A stretch of 64,000 nt of DNA from an uncultured Flavobacteriales bacterium (lineage in GTDB: Bacteria > Bacteroidota > Bacteroidia > Flavobacteriales_F > PHOS-HE28). Positions 51,573 through 61,480 of the stretch are shown here, piece after piece. The DNA lies in assembly GCA_937872175.1 (NCBI GenBank), contig CALMPI010000041.1:66868-130867 (forward strand), written 5' to 3'. The position numbers and the translations under genes were made by a program. Below the pieces are notes generated by a model. It ran no database searches. It was not told the origin of the DNA and was given only the letters and a program-made list of their open reading frames with translations. Every line of letters begins with the position of its first letter. Position 1 is the first letter of the stretch.

Positions 51573-53926
51573 TCAGGCCGGGCGCCTTGTGCATCTGCGG
51601 CCTCGTCTGGGCGATGGCCTTCGTAGCCCGGGGCCAAGGCACCGGCTACGTGCGCGTGGAGGGTGACCGCTTTCTGGACGAGGACGGGAGCCCCTTCTAC
51701 CCGATGGTCTGCAATTACTTCGTGCACATGCCCTATCAGGGCACCCCTCCCGATATTCTGACCTGCCGGGTGGTGCCGGGCTACGGGAACGCCTTCAACC
51801 CGAACGGCGATGGCTGGGGCGAGCAAGGGTTGGACCAGGCCGTGAAGCGGATCGAGAACGACTTCCGTCAGCTGAAGAGCATGGGCTTCAATGCGATCCG
51901 GTTGATGGCCATCTTGCGGATGGAGAAAGTAGGTACAACGGTGCGCTTGCAAACCCAACAGCACATTTTTCCTCCGACGTGGATCTCTGCGAATGACCAT
52001 GAGTTCCCATTCGTGCAGCCCTACAACACAGAACCTGGTATTGAGCATGTGATCGACCAGACCGAGCTGGTTTTGGACAAAGCGGCCCTGGCTGGTTTGA
52101 AAGTGATCTTGGTCCCGGTGCAGGGATGGGAGACCTTCAAAACCTGGGGTGGTGTCATCAAGTTGATCGAGGTCCTCCAGTTGTTCGGTGATCGCTTCAA
52201 GGAGCACCCAGCACTGATGGCCTATGATCTATGCAACGAACCCGGCTATTTCGAACAGTTCGACCACACCAAGGAGTGGATCTGTGAGAAGGTGGCGGCG
52301 GTGTACGATGAATTGAAGAGCGCCGACCCGAACCACTTGATCACGGTTGGAGGTGTGAGCGTGACGGAGGTCTTCGAGTGGGACCCGACCATCCTGAAGC
52401 TCGATTTCTGGTCGCCGCACCTCTACCCCATCTTCCAGTCCCGGCGCACGATCACGTATGCTCAAGCCTTGGAGAACGTCCACAGCCAGCTCACCTGGTT
52501 GCAGAACAACATCGGCAGCGCGTGGATCATCGGGGAGTTCGGCTTCGTGGCGAACGATGGGGAGAACCCGGCCTACGTGTGGGGTACAGAGGCGGAGCAG
52601 GCCTCGTTCACGGCGGCCATGCTGCAAATGACGCGCGATGCCGGAGCGGCCGGCTTCTCCTGGTGGACATTTGGCGATGTGGACCACTACCATGAACCTC
52701 CGGTCTTCGACGAAAACACCAACCACCCGGTCGGCACCGAGGGCTACTACGCGGATGTGAAGCTGTTCTACGAGAACAACTTCGGGCTGCTGCATCTGGA
52801 TGATCCAATAAGCTGCGACCCGCAGACCGGCATCTGCGACTATGCGCACATGGAGAAACCGATCGTGTCGGTCTTCGCGAACTACCTGGACCCGGTCACG
52901 GGTCAGCCACCACCGCGCGGACCTGCGCTGGTTCCGGGGTTCAACTACTACAACCCGGCGTTCCATCCGACCAGCTCGTTGACGATCAGTGGTCAGGTGA
53001 CCACGACCGCGGCCGAGCCGATGAAGGACGCCGTGGTGAGGGGGGCGACATTACTGGTAGAAGTTCCAGAATATAACCTCGCTGGCCTGCCCATAGAGGG
53101 CACAGGCGAATCATTCTATGATTATTTCATGACTTTCACCAATGATGTTGGCGACTTTGAACTCATACCATACGACTATCACGGTTTCAACGACCATTTA
53201 GGGGTTAGTTGGCCCGATCGCGTCGAATGGCTGGGGACGACCGCCCCTGCGGCCGAGCGCATCTATCGGGGGTTCGGCTTTCCTGTGGTTCAGAACAACC
53301 TGACCTACGCCTTGGCGCAGCACTCCTTCCTCCCCCATCGAGTGATCCAGGACGTCACGCTGCCCATGGGCAGCGGCCATACGGACTGGGAAGCCTGGGG
53401 CTCCATCACTGTCACGAACGTACAGATCGAGGGGGATGGCAGCACCGGTGCTTCGGCGGACATCATGGCGCGGCGTTCCATCGACCTGGAAGGCGAAACG
53501 CACCTGGCCCGGGGCGCCGAGGTCCACATCCACCCCAGCGAGACCTTTGCCGCGTGCGGGGACCTGGATGGGTTCCGACGGCCCGAACCCCACGAAGGCA
53601 CGGAGATCGGTGAAGGCATGCTGCGGGAGCGGGAGCAGTTCATCGACTTGGACATCCATCCACTGGTCGCTGAGCCAGCCATCCTGCTGGTGGTTCCGAA
53701 TCCTACATCCGGCCGGGTGAACGTGGAGATCCGCCACTTCGATGCGCTCGACCCTACGCAACCCGAGCTGCACCTGGTCGACATGCTGGGACAGCGCGTG
53801 CGTCGCTGGACCGCCATGCCCCGGAACGAACTCGACATCACCGGTCTGGGCTCTGGTGCGTACAGCCTGATCCTGACCCGCCAAGGCCAGCACTTGGCCA
53901 CCGAACGCCTCATCCTAACCCCTTGA
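51569..53926 (+). CDS. Glycoside hydrolase family 5 (cellulase/mannanase-like) with a T9SS type-A C-terminal sorting domain
   Basis: Catalytic LCNEPGY (acid/base E) and IGEFG (nucleophile E); C-terminal LLVVPNPTSGRVNVEI...GAYSLILTRQG; GC markedly lower than the flanks. Confidence 0.8.
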   Translation: MIRPGALCICGLVWAMAFVARGQGTGYVRVEGDRFLDEDGSPFYPMVCNYFVHMPYQGTPPDILTCRVVPGYGNAFNPNGDGWGEQGLDQAVKRIENDFRQLKSMGFNAIRLMAILRMEKVGTTVRLQTQQHIFPPTWISANDHEFPFVQPYNTEPGIEHVIDQTELVLDKAALAGLKVILVPVQGWETFKTWGGVIKLIEVLQLFGDRFKEHPALMAYDLCNEPGYFEQFDHTKEWICEKVAAVYDELKSADPNHLITVGGVSVTEVFEWDPTILKLDFWSPHLYPIFQSRRTITYAQALENVHSQLTWLQNNIGSAWIIGEFGFVANDGENPAYVWGTEAEQASFTAAMLQMTRDAGAAGFSWWTFGDVDHYHEPPVFDENTNHPVGTEGYYADVKLFYENNFGLLHLDDPISCDPQTGICDYAHMEKPIVSVFANYLDPVTGQPPPRGPALVPGFNYYNPAFHPTSSLTISGQVTTTAAEPMKDAVVRGATLLVEVPEYNLAGLPIEGTGESFYDYFMTFTNDVGDFELIPYDYHGFNDHLGVSWPDRVEWLGTTAPAAERIYRGFGFPVVQNNLTYALAQHSFLPHRVIQDVTLPMGSGHTDWEAWGSITVTNVQIEGDGSTGASADIMARRSIDLEGETHLARGAEVHIHPSETFAACGDLDGFRRPEPHEGTEIGEGMLREREQFIDLDIHPLVAEPAILLVVPNPTSGRVNVEIRHFDALDPTQPELHLVDMLGQRVRRWTAMPRNELDITGLGSGAYSLILTRQGQHLATERLILTP

Positions 53927-53929
53927 GCC

Positions 53930-55615
53930 ATGAGCCTTAGATATTGCCTTACAGCTGTTCTTCTGGTGCCAGCCTGTTTTGTTGCGACGGCGCAGGAATG
54001 GCAGTGGGTCAAGGGTTTCGGGGCATCGGGTAGCAATGACCACGCACGGATCGCCAAGGACACCGTGGGTAACTACTACTTGGGCTGTTCCATCGCTGGC
54101 CTGGTCGTTGGCTCGGATACGATCAATGGTCGCAATGCCTTCGTGAAGTTGAACGGCAACGGAGTGCCTTTATGGGGTGGGGCTGCCGAGTTCACCGGCA
54201 ACGGCTATTGTTCGGACCTTGATGACGCGCCGGCACCTTTTGTAGCCGCACACCCAGCAGGAAGCGACGCCTACTTCGCTGGTGAGATCTGTGGTGAGTG
54301 GCTTTTTGGCACCCAGCCGGTGAGCGAGTACGGCAATGGCACGCAGATCTTCCTGGCCCACTATGATGCGAACGGCGATTGCACGTGGGTCAAGATCTTT
54401 GGCGGTTCGCAGAGCGACCATGTCGCCGGATTGGAGAGCACCCCGACCGGCGAGCTGCTGCTGACCTACGCCGGGAGTGCGATGACCGTGGACGGGATCA
54501 GTGTGCCCACCGGGGTCTCGATCTTGAAGTTCAACGCAGCGGGCGTCTGCCAGTGGGCCACAGAGGTACCACTAGGTAGTGGAAGTTATAGCGCTGACAT
54601 CGCCGCTGTTGAGGATGGCTTCTACCTGGCCAGTATTGCGCTGCAGGGAGCAGGGCCCTTGCTCACCTTCGATACGGTGAGCGTTGACGTCAGCGATCGG
54701 AGGTTCGTACTGGTCAAGTACAACTACGATGGCCATGCCATCTGGGGCAGGAGCCATGGAGAGAACGTGGTACACTACCCCGGGCCGTTGATGGGCAAGA
54801 TCACCGCGAACACCACCGGGGTGCTCCTGTCCGGTAGCATGGATGCGGATACGATCTTCTTCGGTACGGACAGTCTGATCGGTGCCGGTCAGATGTTCAT
54901 GATCCGGTTCGGTCCGGATGGGTCCTACCAGTGGTCCTTCACCAGTGATTCACCATATGGTGATGTTTCGGCGGCCGATCTCGTCCTGGGCGATTCGGGT
55001 GATGGGTATGCGCTATGCCGATTGAGGCCCATGCAACCTGCAACGACCGTGGATGTGGCCGGCTGTGCGCAGGAGTTCGATTCCTATGACTACGATTCGA
55101 TGTACCTGGTCCACCTCGATCAGGTTGGAGATTGCATCCAGTCCGTCTTCACACGAACGAACAGCTACGGCTCCGGGCCCGGTCCGGAGCGCGGAAGATG
55201 GTCGATGGTGCTCGATGCTGCGGAGCAACCGGTGATCTGCGGCCAGTTCCGTGGCACGGCGGTCTTCGGCAGCACCACCTTGTCCAGCGGGGGCAACAAC
55301 TACGATGTGTACGTGGGCAAGCTGGACGCGCTGACCGGTGTGGGCGAACAGCGGGCCCCGGAAGGGCATGACCTGCTCATCTACGCCAACCCCAACCAAG
55401 GCTCGTTCCGGATCAAGGTGCCCACCGCGCTGCTGCGCGAGAAAGACCTGCTCCTGAGCGTGTACGACAGCAGCGGCCGGCTGGTGCGTGCCCAGCAGCT
55501 GGACATGAGCGGCGGTGACCCCCGGATGGACGTGTTCGGTGTTGGTCCGGGCCTTTATCAGGTGACCTTGAGCAAGGGCGACCGGATCTACCACGGGAGC
55601 ATGGTGGTGGAGTGA
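53930..55615 (+). CDS. Secreted beta-propeller-like protein with a T9SS type-A C-terminal sorting domain
   Basis: Signal peptide MSLRYCLTAVLLVPACFVATAQE; C-terminal LLIYANPNQGSFRIKVP...LLLSVYDSSGRLV...GLYQVTLSKGDRIYHGSMVVE. Confidence 0.75.
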   Translation: MSLRYCLTAVLLVPACFVATAQEWQWVKGFGASGSNDHARIAKDTVGNYYLGCSIAGLVVGSDTINGRNAFVKLNGNGVPLWGGAAEFTGNGYCSDLDDAPAPFVAAHPAGSDAYFAGEICGEWLFGTQPVSEYGNGTQIFLAHYDANGDCTWVKIFGGSQSDHVAGLESTPTGELLLTYAGSAMTVDGISVPTGVSILKFNAAGVCQWATEVPLGSGSYSADIAAVEDGFYLASIALQGAGPLLTFDTVSVDVSDRRFVLVKYNYDGHAIWGRSHGENVVHYPGPLMGKITANTTGVLLSGSMDADTIFFGTDSLIGAGQMFMIRFGPDGSYQWSFTSDSPYGDVSAADLVLGDSGDGYALCRLRPMQPATTVDVAGCAQEFDSYDYDSMYLVHLDQVGDCIQSVFTRTNSYGSGPGPERGRWSMVLDAAEQPVICGQFRGTAVFGSTTLSSGGNNYDVYVGKLDALTGVGEQRAPEGHDLLIYANPNQGSFRIKVPTALLREKDLLLSVYDSSGRLVRAQQLDMSGGDPRMDVFGVGPGLYQVTLSKGDRIYHGSMVVE

Positions 55616-55640
55616 GGGCTCACCCCCGCCACTCTCCCCC

Positions 55641-56198
55641 TCAGTAATACGGGCTGATCATGAGGTACACCACCACGCCGGTGACGCTCACATAGAACCA
55701 CACGGGCCACACCCGCCTGGCGAGGCGGCGATGCTGCGGGTACTGCGCTGAAAGCGCGCGGTAGGCCGTGAACAGGATGAAGGGCAGGCTGAGACCGGCC
55801 AGCACGATGTGGCTGAAGAGGATCACGTAGTACACCCCCTTCACCGCACCGGTGCCGCCGAACGCCGTGTCGCCGGCGAAGAGGTGGTGGACGATGTAGC
55901 TCACCAGGAAGAGCACGCTGAGCGCCATCGCCGCCATCATGGCCGCGCGGTGGGCTGTCCAGCGGCCGGCCCTGGCGGTGAAGAGGCCCGCGAGCAGCAG
56001 CGCGCTCACCAGGCTGTTGAGCACGGCGTTGATGCGGGCGAAGACGTGTACGTCGAGCCCGTCCGGGGCGGGCACCTGCACCCGGTTGAGCACCACCACC
56101 GCGGTGAAGACGATGGCCGAGAAGATCCAGATGAGGCGTTTGGCGGGTCGCTCCTCCAGGCGGAGGCTGCGGGGGGGATGAGCTTCGCGGGGGGGCAT
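55641..56198 (-). CDS. DUF420-family membrane protein (cytochrome oxidase cluster associated)
   Basis: 185 aa, 4 TM helices, typical neighbour of SCO1/ctaB in Bacteroidota. Confidence 0.7.
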   Translation of the reverse strand: MPPREAHPPRSLRLEERPAKRLIWIFSAIVFTAVVVLNRVQVPAPDGLDVHVFARINAVLNSLVSALLLAGLFTARAGRWTAHRAAMMAAMALSVLFLVSYIVHHLFAGDTAFGGTGAVKGVYYVILFSHIVLAGLSLPFILFTAYRALSAQYPQHRRLARRVWPVWFYVSVTGVVVYLMISPYY

Positions 56199-56228
56199 GC
56201 GGGGTGAACGCTCGGCGGGCGGCGGGGT

Positions 56229-56933
56229 TCACGAGCTGCGCTCGGCGGCCTCGCGCCTGCGCACCTTCTCCTCCTTCAGCAGCATCTTGATGTCGCCCGC
56301 CAGGCGGCCCACCTCGGCCGTGCTGGTGCCATCGTAGTAGCCGCGGATGTGGCGGTCCTTGTCCACCAGCACGAACATCTCCGAGTGCAGGAAGCCATCC
56401 GGGGCCATCACGTCCTCGCGGGCGGCCAGGAAGTAGCCCTCGCTGCCCAGCAGATAGAGGTCGGCCTTGGGCCCGGTGAGGAACTTCCAGCGGGCGGTGT
56501 CGGCCTGGTGGCGGCGCGCGTAGGCGTTGAGCACCTCGGCCGTGTCGTTCTCCGGGTCCACGGTGTGGCTCAGGAACACCACGTCATCGAAGGCCTCGTC
56601 GTCGAGCTTGAGCTGCAGCTGCTGCATCTGGCGCGTCATGCGCGGGCAGATGGTGGTGCAGCGGGTGAAGAAGAAGTCGACCACCAGGATGCGGCCCTCC
56701 ACATCGCGGTCGCTGAAGGGGCGGCCGAACTGGTCGGTGAAGGCGAAGGGCGGCACGGTGAAGTAGGTGGTGTCGCCGGGGGCGTTCACCTCCTTGGGGC
56801 CGTAGTAGGGCAGAAAGGCGTAGCGGTGCTTCGCCAGCCCCAGGGCCGGTGCGAAGAACAGGAACAGGAGCAGGATGAAGAGCGGGATGCCGCCCAGGAT
56901 GGCGAACTTCTTCCAGCGTGGCGCGGGGCGCAT
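56229..56933 (-). CDS. SCO1/SenC copper chaperone
   Basis: CTTICP (CxxxCP) motif, thioredoxin fold, N-terminal TM anchor. Confidence 0.8.
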   Translation of the reverse strand: MRPAPRWKKFAILGGIPLFILLLFLFFAPALGLAKHRYAFLPYYGPKEVNAPGDTTYFTVPPFAFTDQFGRPFSDRDVEGRILVVDFFFTRCTTICPRMTRQMQQLQLKLDDEAFDDVVFLSHTVDPENDTAEVLNAYARRHQADTARWKFLTGPKADLYLLGSEGYFLAAREDVMAPDGFLHSEMFVLVDKDRHIRGYYDGTSTAEVGRLAGDIKMLLKEEKVRRREAAERSS

Positions 56934-56941
56934 CCCTCGGC

Positions 56942-57313
56942 TCAGAGGAACTGCGTCCACAGGCTGTGGACATAGTTCGACTCCCAGATGGCGATGAAGA
57001 GCAGGTACAGGATGAAGAGCGCGTAGGGCAGCAGGATGATCGCGCGGATGTTGCGGCGCTCATCGCCCAGGTGCATGAACACGGCCACGATGTAGCCCGC
57101 CTTCACCAGTGTGAGGACCACGTACAGCAGCTTGATGGTGTTCCACGCAGAGGCGTCGAACCACTCCTTCCAGTAGGCGCCCACGGCCACCTCGATGGTG
57201 GTGACCACGGCCAGCAGGCCGGTCACCTGCCAGATCTTGCGGCGGATCCTGCGGCCCTCCTCCTCACCATGGTGGGCGTCCAGGCTGTACTCGATGATGT
57301 CGTCGCGCTCCAT
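56942..57313 (-). CDS. Cytochrome c oxidase subunit IV-like small membrane protein
   Basis: 123 aa, three hydrophobic helices, located between SCO1 and coxIII. Confidence 0.65.
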   Translation of the reverse strand: MERDDIIEYSLDAHHGEEEGRRIRRKIWQVTGLLAVVTTIEVAVGAYWKEWFDASAWNTIKLLYVVLTLVKAGYIVAVFMHLGDERRNIRAIILLPYALFILYLLFIAIWESNYVHSLWTQFL

Positions 57314-57314
57314 G

Positions 57315-58184
57315 TCAGAGGAGGTAGAAGAAGGTGAACACGAACACCCACACCAGGTCCACGAAGTGCCAGTAGAGGCCGGCCTTCTCGACCATCTCGT
57401 AGTGGCCGCGGCGGTGGAAGACGCCCCGCATCACCATCAGCAGCACGATGAGGTTGATGACCACGCCGCTGAAGACGTGGAAGCCGTGGAAGCCGGTGAT
57501 GAAGAAGAAGAAGTTGGCGTACTGGGGCGGGCCGTACTCGTTGCGCACCATGTTGGCCCCGTCGATGTAGGCCACGCGCTCGTTCCAGAGGGCCAGGGCC
57601 TCGGCGCCCTCCACATGGGCATGGTCGCCCTCGGCGGGCTTGAGGTAGTGGCCGGGCAGGGCCTTCACCAAGTGGAAGCCCGGGGCGTTGGCCGGGTCGT
57701 GCGTATCGTGCGTATCGTTGTGCACCCAGTACCTGGTGCCGTCCGCCGCGGTGATGTAGCCGCCGCCGCCATGGATGAAGTGGCTCCACTCCCAAGCCTG
57801 GCTGCCCACGAAAAAGGCGCCGCCGATCACCGTGAGGAAGAGCCACTTGATGACGCCCTTCTTGTCCATCCGGTGGCCGGCCTCCACGGCCAGCACCATG
57901 GTGACGGAGCTGAAGATGAGGATGGCCGTCATGAGGGCCACGTAGATCAGCGGATAGTCGCCGTGGAGGAAGGGCAGGGCGCGGAACACCTCCTCGCCGA
58001 TGGGCCAGGTGTCCGTGGTGGCGTGGCGGGCGAAGCCGTAGGCCACCAGCAGGCCGGAGAAGGTGAGGGCATCGGACACCAGGAAGAACCACATCATCAT
58101 CTTCCCGTAGCTGATGCTGAACGGGGAGCGTCCGCCGCCCCAGAGGACGTCGTTGCTCAGTGCCTTGGTCGCTTCTCCTGCCAT
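57315..58184 (-). CDS. Cytochrome c oxidase subunit III
   Basis: Heme-copper oxidase subunit III family (HGDYPLIY, FFFITGFHGFHV, WHFVDLVWVFVF). Confidence 0.85.
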   Translation of the reverse strand: MAGEATKALSNDVLWGGGRSPFSISYGKMMMWFFLVSDALTFSGLLVAYGFARHATTDTWPIGEEVFRALPFLHGDYPLIYVALMTAILIFSSVTMVLAVEAGHRMDKKGVIKWLFLTVIGGAFFVGSQAWEWSHFIHGGGGYITAADGTRYWVHNDTHDTHDPANAPGFHLVKALPGHYLKPAEGDHAHVEGAEALALWNERVAYIDGANMVRNEYGPPQYANFFFFITGFHGFHVFSGVVINLIVLLMVMRGVFHRRGHYEMVEKAGLYWHFVDLVWVFVFTFFYLL

Positions 58185-58209
58185 GGGTTCCGTTTGTCCG
58201 GCCGCAAAC

Positions 58210-58938
58210 CTAGTGAACGAAGGTCAAGAACAAAAAGAGGTAGACCCACAGGATGCCCAGGAAGTGCCAGTACATGGTACCGGCCCACAAACCGGCATGG
58301 TCGGCCTGGGTGTAGGCGCCGCGGGCGGCCAGCACGAGCATCACCACGAGGCTCACCAGACCCAGGCCCAAGTGGGCCAGGTGGGCGGCGGTGAGGGCGT
58401 AGATGTAGGAGCTGGCGGTGTTCTTCTGCTCATCCAGATCGGCGTTCAGAGCGGTCCGGCGCTGGGTGTCGTCCGGCAGGTAGAACTTGCCATCCTCCAG
58501 CACCAGTTCCTGGCCCTGATGGCGGATGGTCCAGTCCTGACCGTAGGTACCGGTGTTCTGAAGCACCTTGCCCACCACGAAATTGCCTCTGTCCACCAGC
58601 TGACCCCAGCCTTGGAACTGGCTGATGGCGAAGCCGATGCCGAAGGCCAGCGTGAAGGCGATCAGGAGCGGCACACCCCCCATCTCGCCACGACGGACCC
58701 GCGTCAGGGCCATCTGGATGAAGAGGCTGCTGACGGCGATGCACCCGGTGCTCACGAGGAACGCATCGGGCAGGCGGATGTCCACCCAATAGCCCCCGCT
58801 CATGCTCACCACGTAGGCGCTGGTGAGCCCCGCGAAGAACATCACGATGGCGAAGAGCAGAAGCCAGGTGAGGAGCTTGCGGGCCTTGAGCTTGCGCGGA
58901 AGGTCCTCGATGGCCGGGGAGTAGGTGAAGGTGGTCAT
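58210..58938 (-). CDS. Cytochrome c oxidase subunit III-like protein (second paralog)
   Basis: MYWHFLGILWVYLFLFLTF plus 5 TM helices; subunit III fold. Confidence 0.75.
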   Translation of the reverse strand: MTTFTYSPAIEDLPRKLKARKLLTWLLLFAIVMFFAGLTSAYVVSMSGGYWVDIRLPDAFLVSTGCIAVSSLFIQMALTRVRRGEMGGVPLLIAFTLAFGIGFAISQFQGWGQLVDRGNFVVGKVLQNTGTYGQDWTIRHQGQELVLEDGKFYLPDDTQRRTALNADLDEQKNTASSYIYALTAAHLAHLGLGLVSLVVMLVLAARGAYTQADHAGLWAGTMYWHFLGILWVYLFLFLTFVH

Positions 58939-59855
58939 GAGCGGTCCAGCACGTAGGCGAGCTGCACCGCCGGGAGGTAGAGGAAGCTGGCGAACATCAG
59001 GCGCCGTGCATGGCGCGTGTCGCCGGTGCGGTAGAGCGTCCAGGCGGGGACGAGCATCAGCAGGCCGGCCACGACGGCCACGACCAGCGCCACGGTCCCC
59101 ACACGATCGAACACCCAGGGCAGCATGCCGACGGGGATAACGAACAAGGTGTACAAAAGGATCAGGAAGGCGCTGGACCGGTCACGTTCCCCGCTGGGCA
59201 GCAGGCGGAAGCCGGCGCGGGCGTAATCGTCGTGCAACACCCAGGCGATGGCCCAGAAATGGGGGAACTGCCACATGAACTGGCCGGCGAAGAGCAGGCC
59301 GGGGATAAGCCCGAACTGACCGGTGGCGGCCACATGGCCGAGCATGGGCGGAAAGGCACCGGGGAAGGCCCCCACGAACACGGCCCAGGGGCTGAGGCGC
59401 TTCATCGGGGTGTAGAGGGCCACGTACATGAAAAGGCTCAGCAGGCCGAGGATGGCGGTGAGCACCCCGAAGGCGGCCCACAGCATCCACAGGCCGGCGA
59501 TGCCCGCCGCAGTGGCCAACACCAAGGCGGTGGTCACGCTCATACTGCCGCGCACCAGGGGGCGCTCGGCGGTGCGGTGCATCAGCGCGTCCGTGTTCAG
59601 CTCCCACACCTGGTTGAAGGCGTTGCTGGCCCCGGTGACCAGGGTGCCGGCGAGCAGCAACACCAGCAGTCCGCCCACGTCGAGCGCACCGGCCGGGCTG
59701 CCCATCCAGTAGCCGAGCCCGGCGGAGAAGACCACCAGACTGGCCAGGCGCAATTTGAATAGGGCGGCCGCGTCGCGCAACAGGCCCACGGGGGCGGTGA
59801 CGGCGGTGGCGGTGGAGCGCTGCACGGGGAGGCGGGGTGTTCCGGAGCGGCGCAA
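58935..59855 (-). CDS. cyoE: Protoheme IX farnesyltransferase (heme O synthase)
   Basis: UbiA-family motifs (NQVWELNTDALMHRTAERPL, Y...LYTP.KR). Confidence 0.85.
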   Translation of the reverse strand: MRRSGTPRLPVQRSTATAVTAPVGLLRDAAALFKLRLASLVVFSAGLGYWMGSPAGALDVGGLLVLLLAGTLVTGASNAFNQVWELNTDALMHRTAERPLVRGSMSVTTALVLATAAGIAGLWMLWAAFGVLTAILGLLSLFMYVALYTPMKRLSPWAVFVGAFPGAFPPMLGHVAATGQFGLIPGLLFAGQFMWQFPHFWAIAWVLHDDYARAGFRLLPSGERDRSSAFLILLYTLFVIPVGMLPWVFDRVGTVALVVAVVAGLLMLVPAWTLYRTGDTRHARRLMFASFLYLPAVQLAYVLDRS

Positions 59856-59881
59856 AGGTAGCCCTTCGGCCGGCTCGCGGC

Positions 59882-61480
59882 TCAGGGCCTTCCGGTGCGC
59901 AGCTGCTGGTCGGTGTAGCGGTCGCGGAAGGTGGCGGCGATGCCGACGCGCACCCAGTGCTGCACCTGGGTCTCCCCCAGCTCGGGCACGAAGGAGCGGA
60001 ACACATAGGCCGCCTCCAGCTGCAGGCCGGCCCGCTCGCTGAGCACATAGGCGCCGCGCAGCTCGTTGTGCAGCAGGTTGGCCTGCACCGGCGCCGCCAG
60101 GTAGAAGCCGTAGTTCTCCAGACGGCCTTCGGCATCGCGCACGGGACGGTCCTTTTCCGGGCGGTACAGGTCGCTGCCCCAGGAGTAGAGGCCGGTGTCC
60201 ACCCCCATCACCGCGAAGCTGAAGTGCTCCCGCAGGCTCCAGCGCCCGCGGCGCCAGTCCACGATGGCGAGCGACTCGTGGAAATTGCTGCCGTAGGGGT
60301 GCGCCAGCGGCTGGGCGAAGTGGGCGTGGTTCTGCCGCGTATCGCTGTGGGTGTACATGAAGGGCCGCACGTAGTTGAACTCCAGCCGCACATCGAGCCC
60401 CTTCACCTTGAACGCGTCATAGGAGATCCAGCCGAGCTGGAAGCCCTGCTTGTTGGCGAACCAGCCCTCCCCACCGCGCACCTCGCGCAGCAGGAATTCG
60501 TCCAGCACCAGCTGGCTGTAGAACAGGCTTTGCCACCCGGCCTTGATGTTGAGGGCAAAGCCGAGGATGGCATTGTCCGGCGAGCCCAACCCGAACTCGA
60601 TCGGACGGTAGAAGATGACCGGGTTCCAATAGTTGAAGTCGAAGCCGCGCGGGTAGTTCGGGTCGTTGTCCTGCCAGATCACCGCCTCGAAGAGCCCGAA
60701 GTTGATCCGTGGGGTCACGTTGTAGCTGAGGTAGTGCATGCTGGTGGCCTTCCGCTGGAACCGGCGGGGCACCCCGTCCGCGCCGCGGATGTCGTCCATC
60801 AGGGCGTAGAGGTTCACGTAGCGCACCTTCCAGAAGGTGGTGGCGATGCGCAGGTAGGGATAGCTGGTGGCGTTGTCCGAGAGCATCAGCGAGCGATGGC
60901 CCTCGCCCCAGAAGTTGCGGCCGCGCCCCACGGTGATGTTGAAGTAGGTGGAGGTGGTCCAGTTGAGGTGGGCGTTCCAGTCGGTGTGGGCGTAGGTGGG
61001 CGCGGTGCCATACGCGTAGCCCTCGGAGGGGGCGGCCCCGGAGGCCTGCACCAGGGTGTCCAGGTGGGCGGGAAAGCGTTCCAACCAGCCCATGCCGTCG
61101 GCGTGCAGGGTCAGGGAGGGATGCAGGTCCACCTCGGCCCAGCCGCCGGCGCCCAAGCGGTAGGCCGGGTCGGTGGTGCGGGCGCTGGAGAGGCCACCGA
61201 GCAGGTCCACGAGCGGGGCACCGCGGAAGCGGCCGCTGTCGCCACGGGCCCAGCGGTCCAGGAAGGGCAGCGCACCGCGACGCGGCAACGAATCGGCACC
61301 GGGCAGGGCGGCGAGGTCGCTGCGCAGGTAGGGCCGCACGGCGGTGTGGTGGTCGCGCTTCCAGCGGTGCAGGGCGGCGGCGTAGGGGGCCTCCAGGGTG
61401 CGGCTCAGGGGAAAGAGGCCCGGCTGGGCGGAAGCGGCGGAGGCCCACAGCAGCAGGCCGGACAGGAGCAGCGGCCTCAT
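59882..61480 (-). CDS. Outer-membrane protein, Wzi-like (capsule assembly family) paralog 1
   Basis: Start MRPLLLSGLLLWASAASAQ (ATGA overlap with the wecA-like stop); motifs GHRSLMLSDNATSYPYL, AHPYGSNF; beta-barrel-like. The upstream 174 codons of the ORF-track entry are R/H/P-rich junk. Confidence 0.6.
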   Translation of the reverse strand: MRPLLLSGLLLWASAASAQPGLFPLSRTLEAPYAAALHRWKRDHHTAVRPYLRSDLAALPGADSLPRRGALPFLDRWARGDSGRFRGAPLVDLLGGLSSARTTDPAYRLGAGGWAEVDLHPSLTLHADGMGWLERFPAHLDTLVQASGAAPSEGYAYGTAPTYAHTDWNAHLNWTTSTYFNITVGRGRNFWGEGHRSLMLSDNATSYPYLRIATTFWKVRYVNLYALMDDIRGADGVPRRFQRKATSMHYLSYNVTPRINFGLFEAVIWQDNDPNYPRGFDFNYWNPVIFYRPIEFGLGSPDNAILGFALNIKAGWQSLFYSQLVLDEFLLREVRGGEGWFANKQGFQLGWISYDAFKVKGLDVRLEFNYVRPFMYTHSDTRQNHAHFAQPLAHPYGSNFHESLAIVDWRRGRWSLREHFSFAVMGVDTGLYSWGSDLYRPEKDRPVRDAEGRLENYGFYLAAPVQANLLHNELRGAYVLSERAGLQLEAAYVFRSFVPELGETQVQHWVRVGIAATFRDRYTDQQLRTGRP

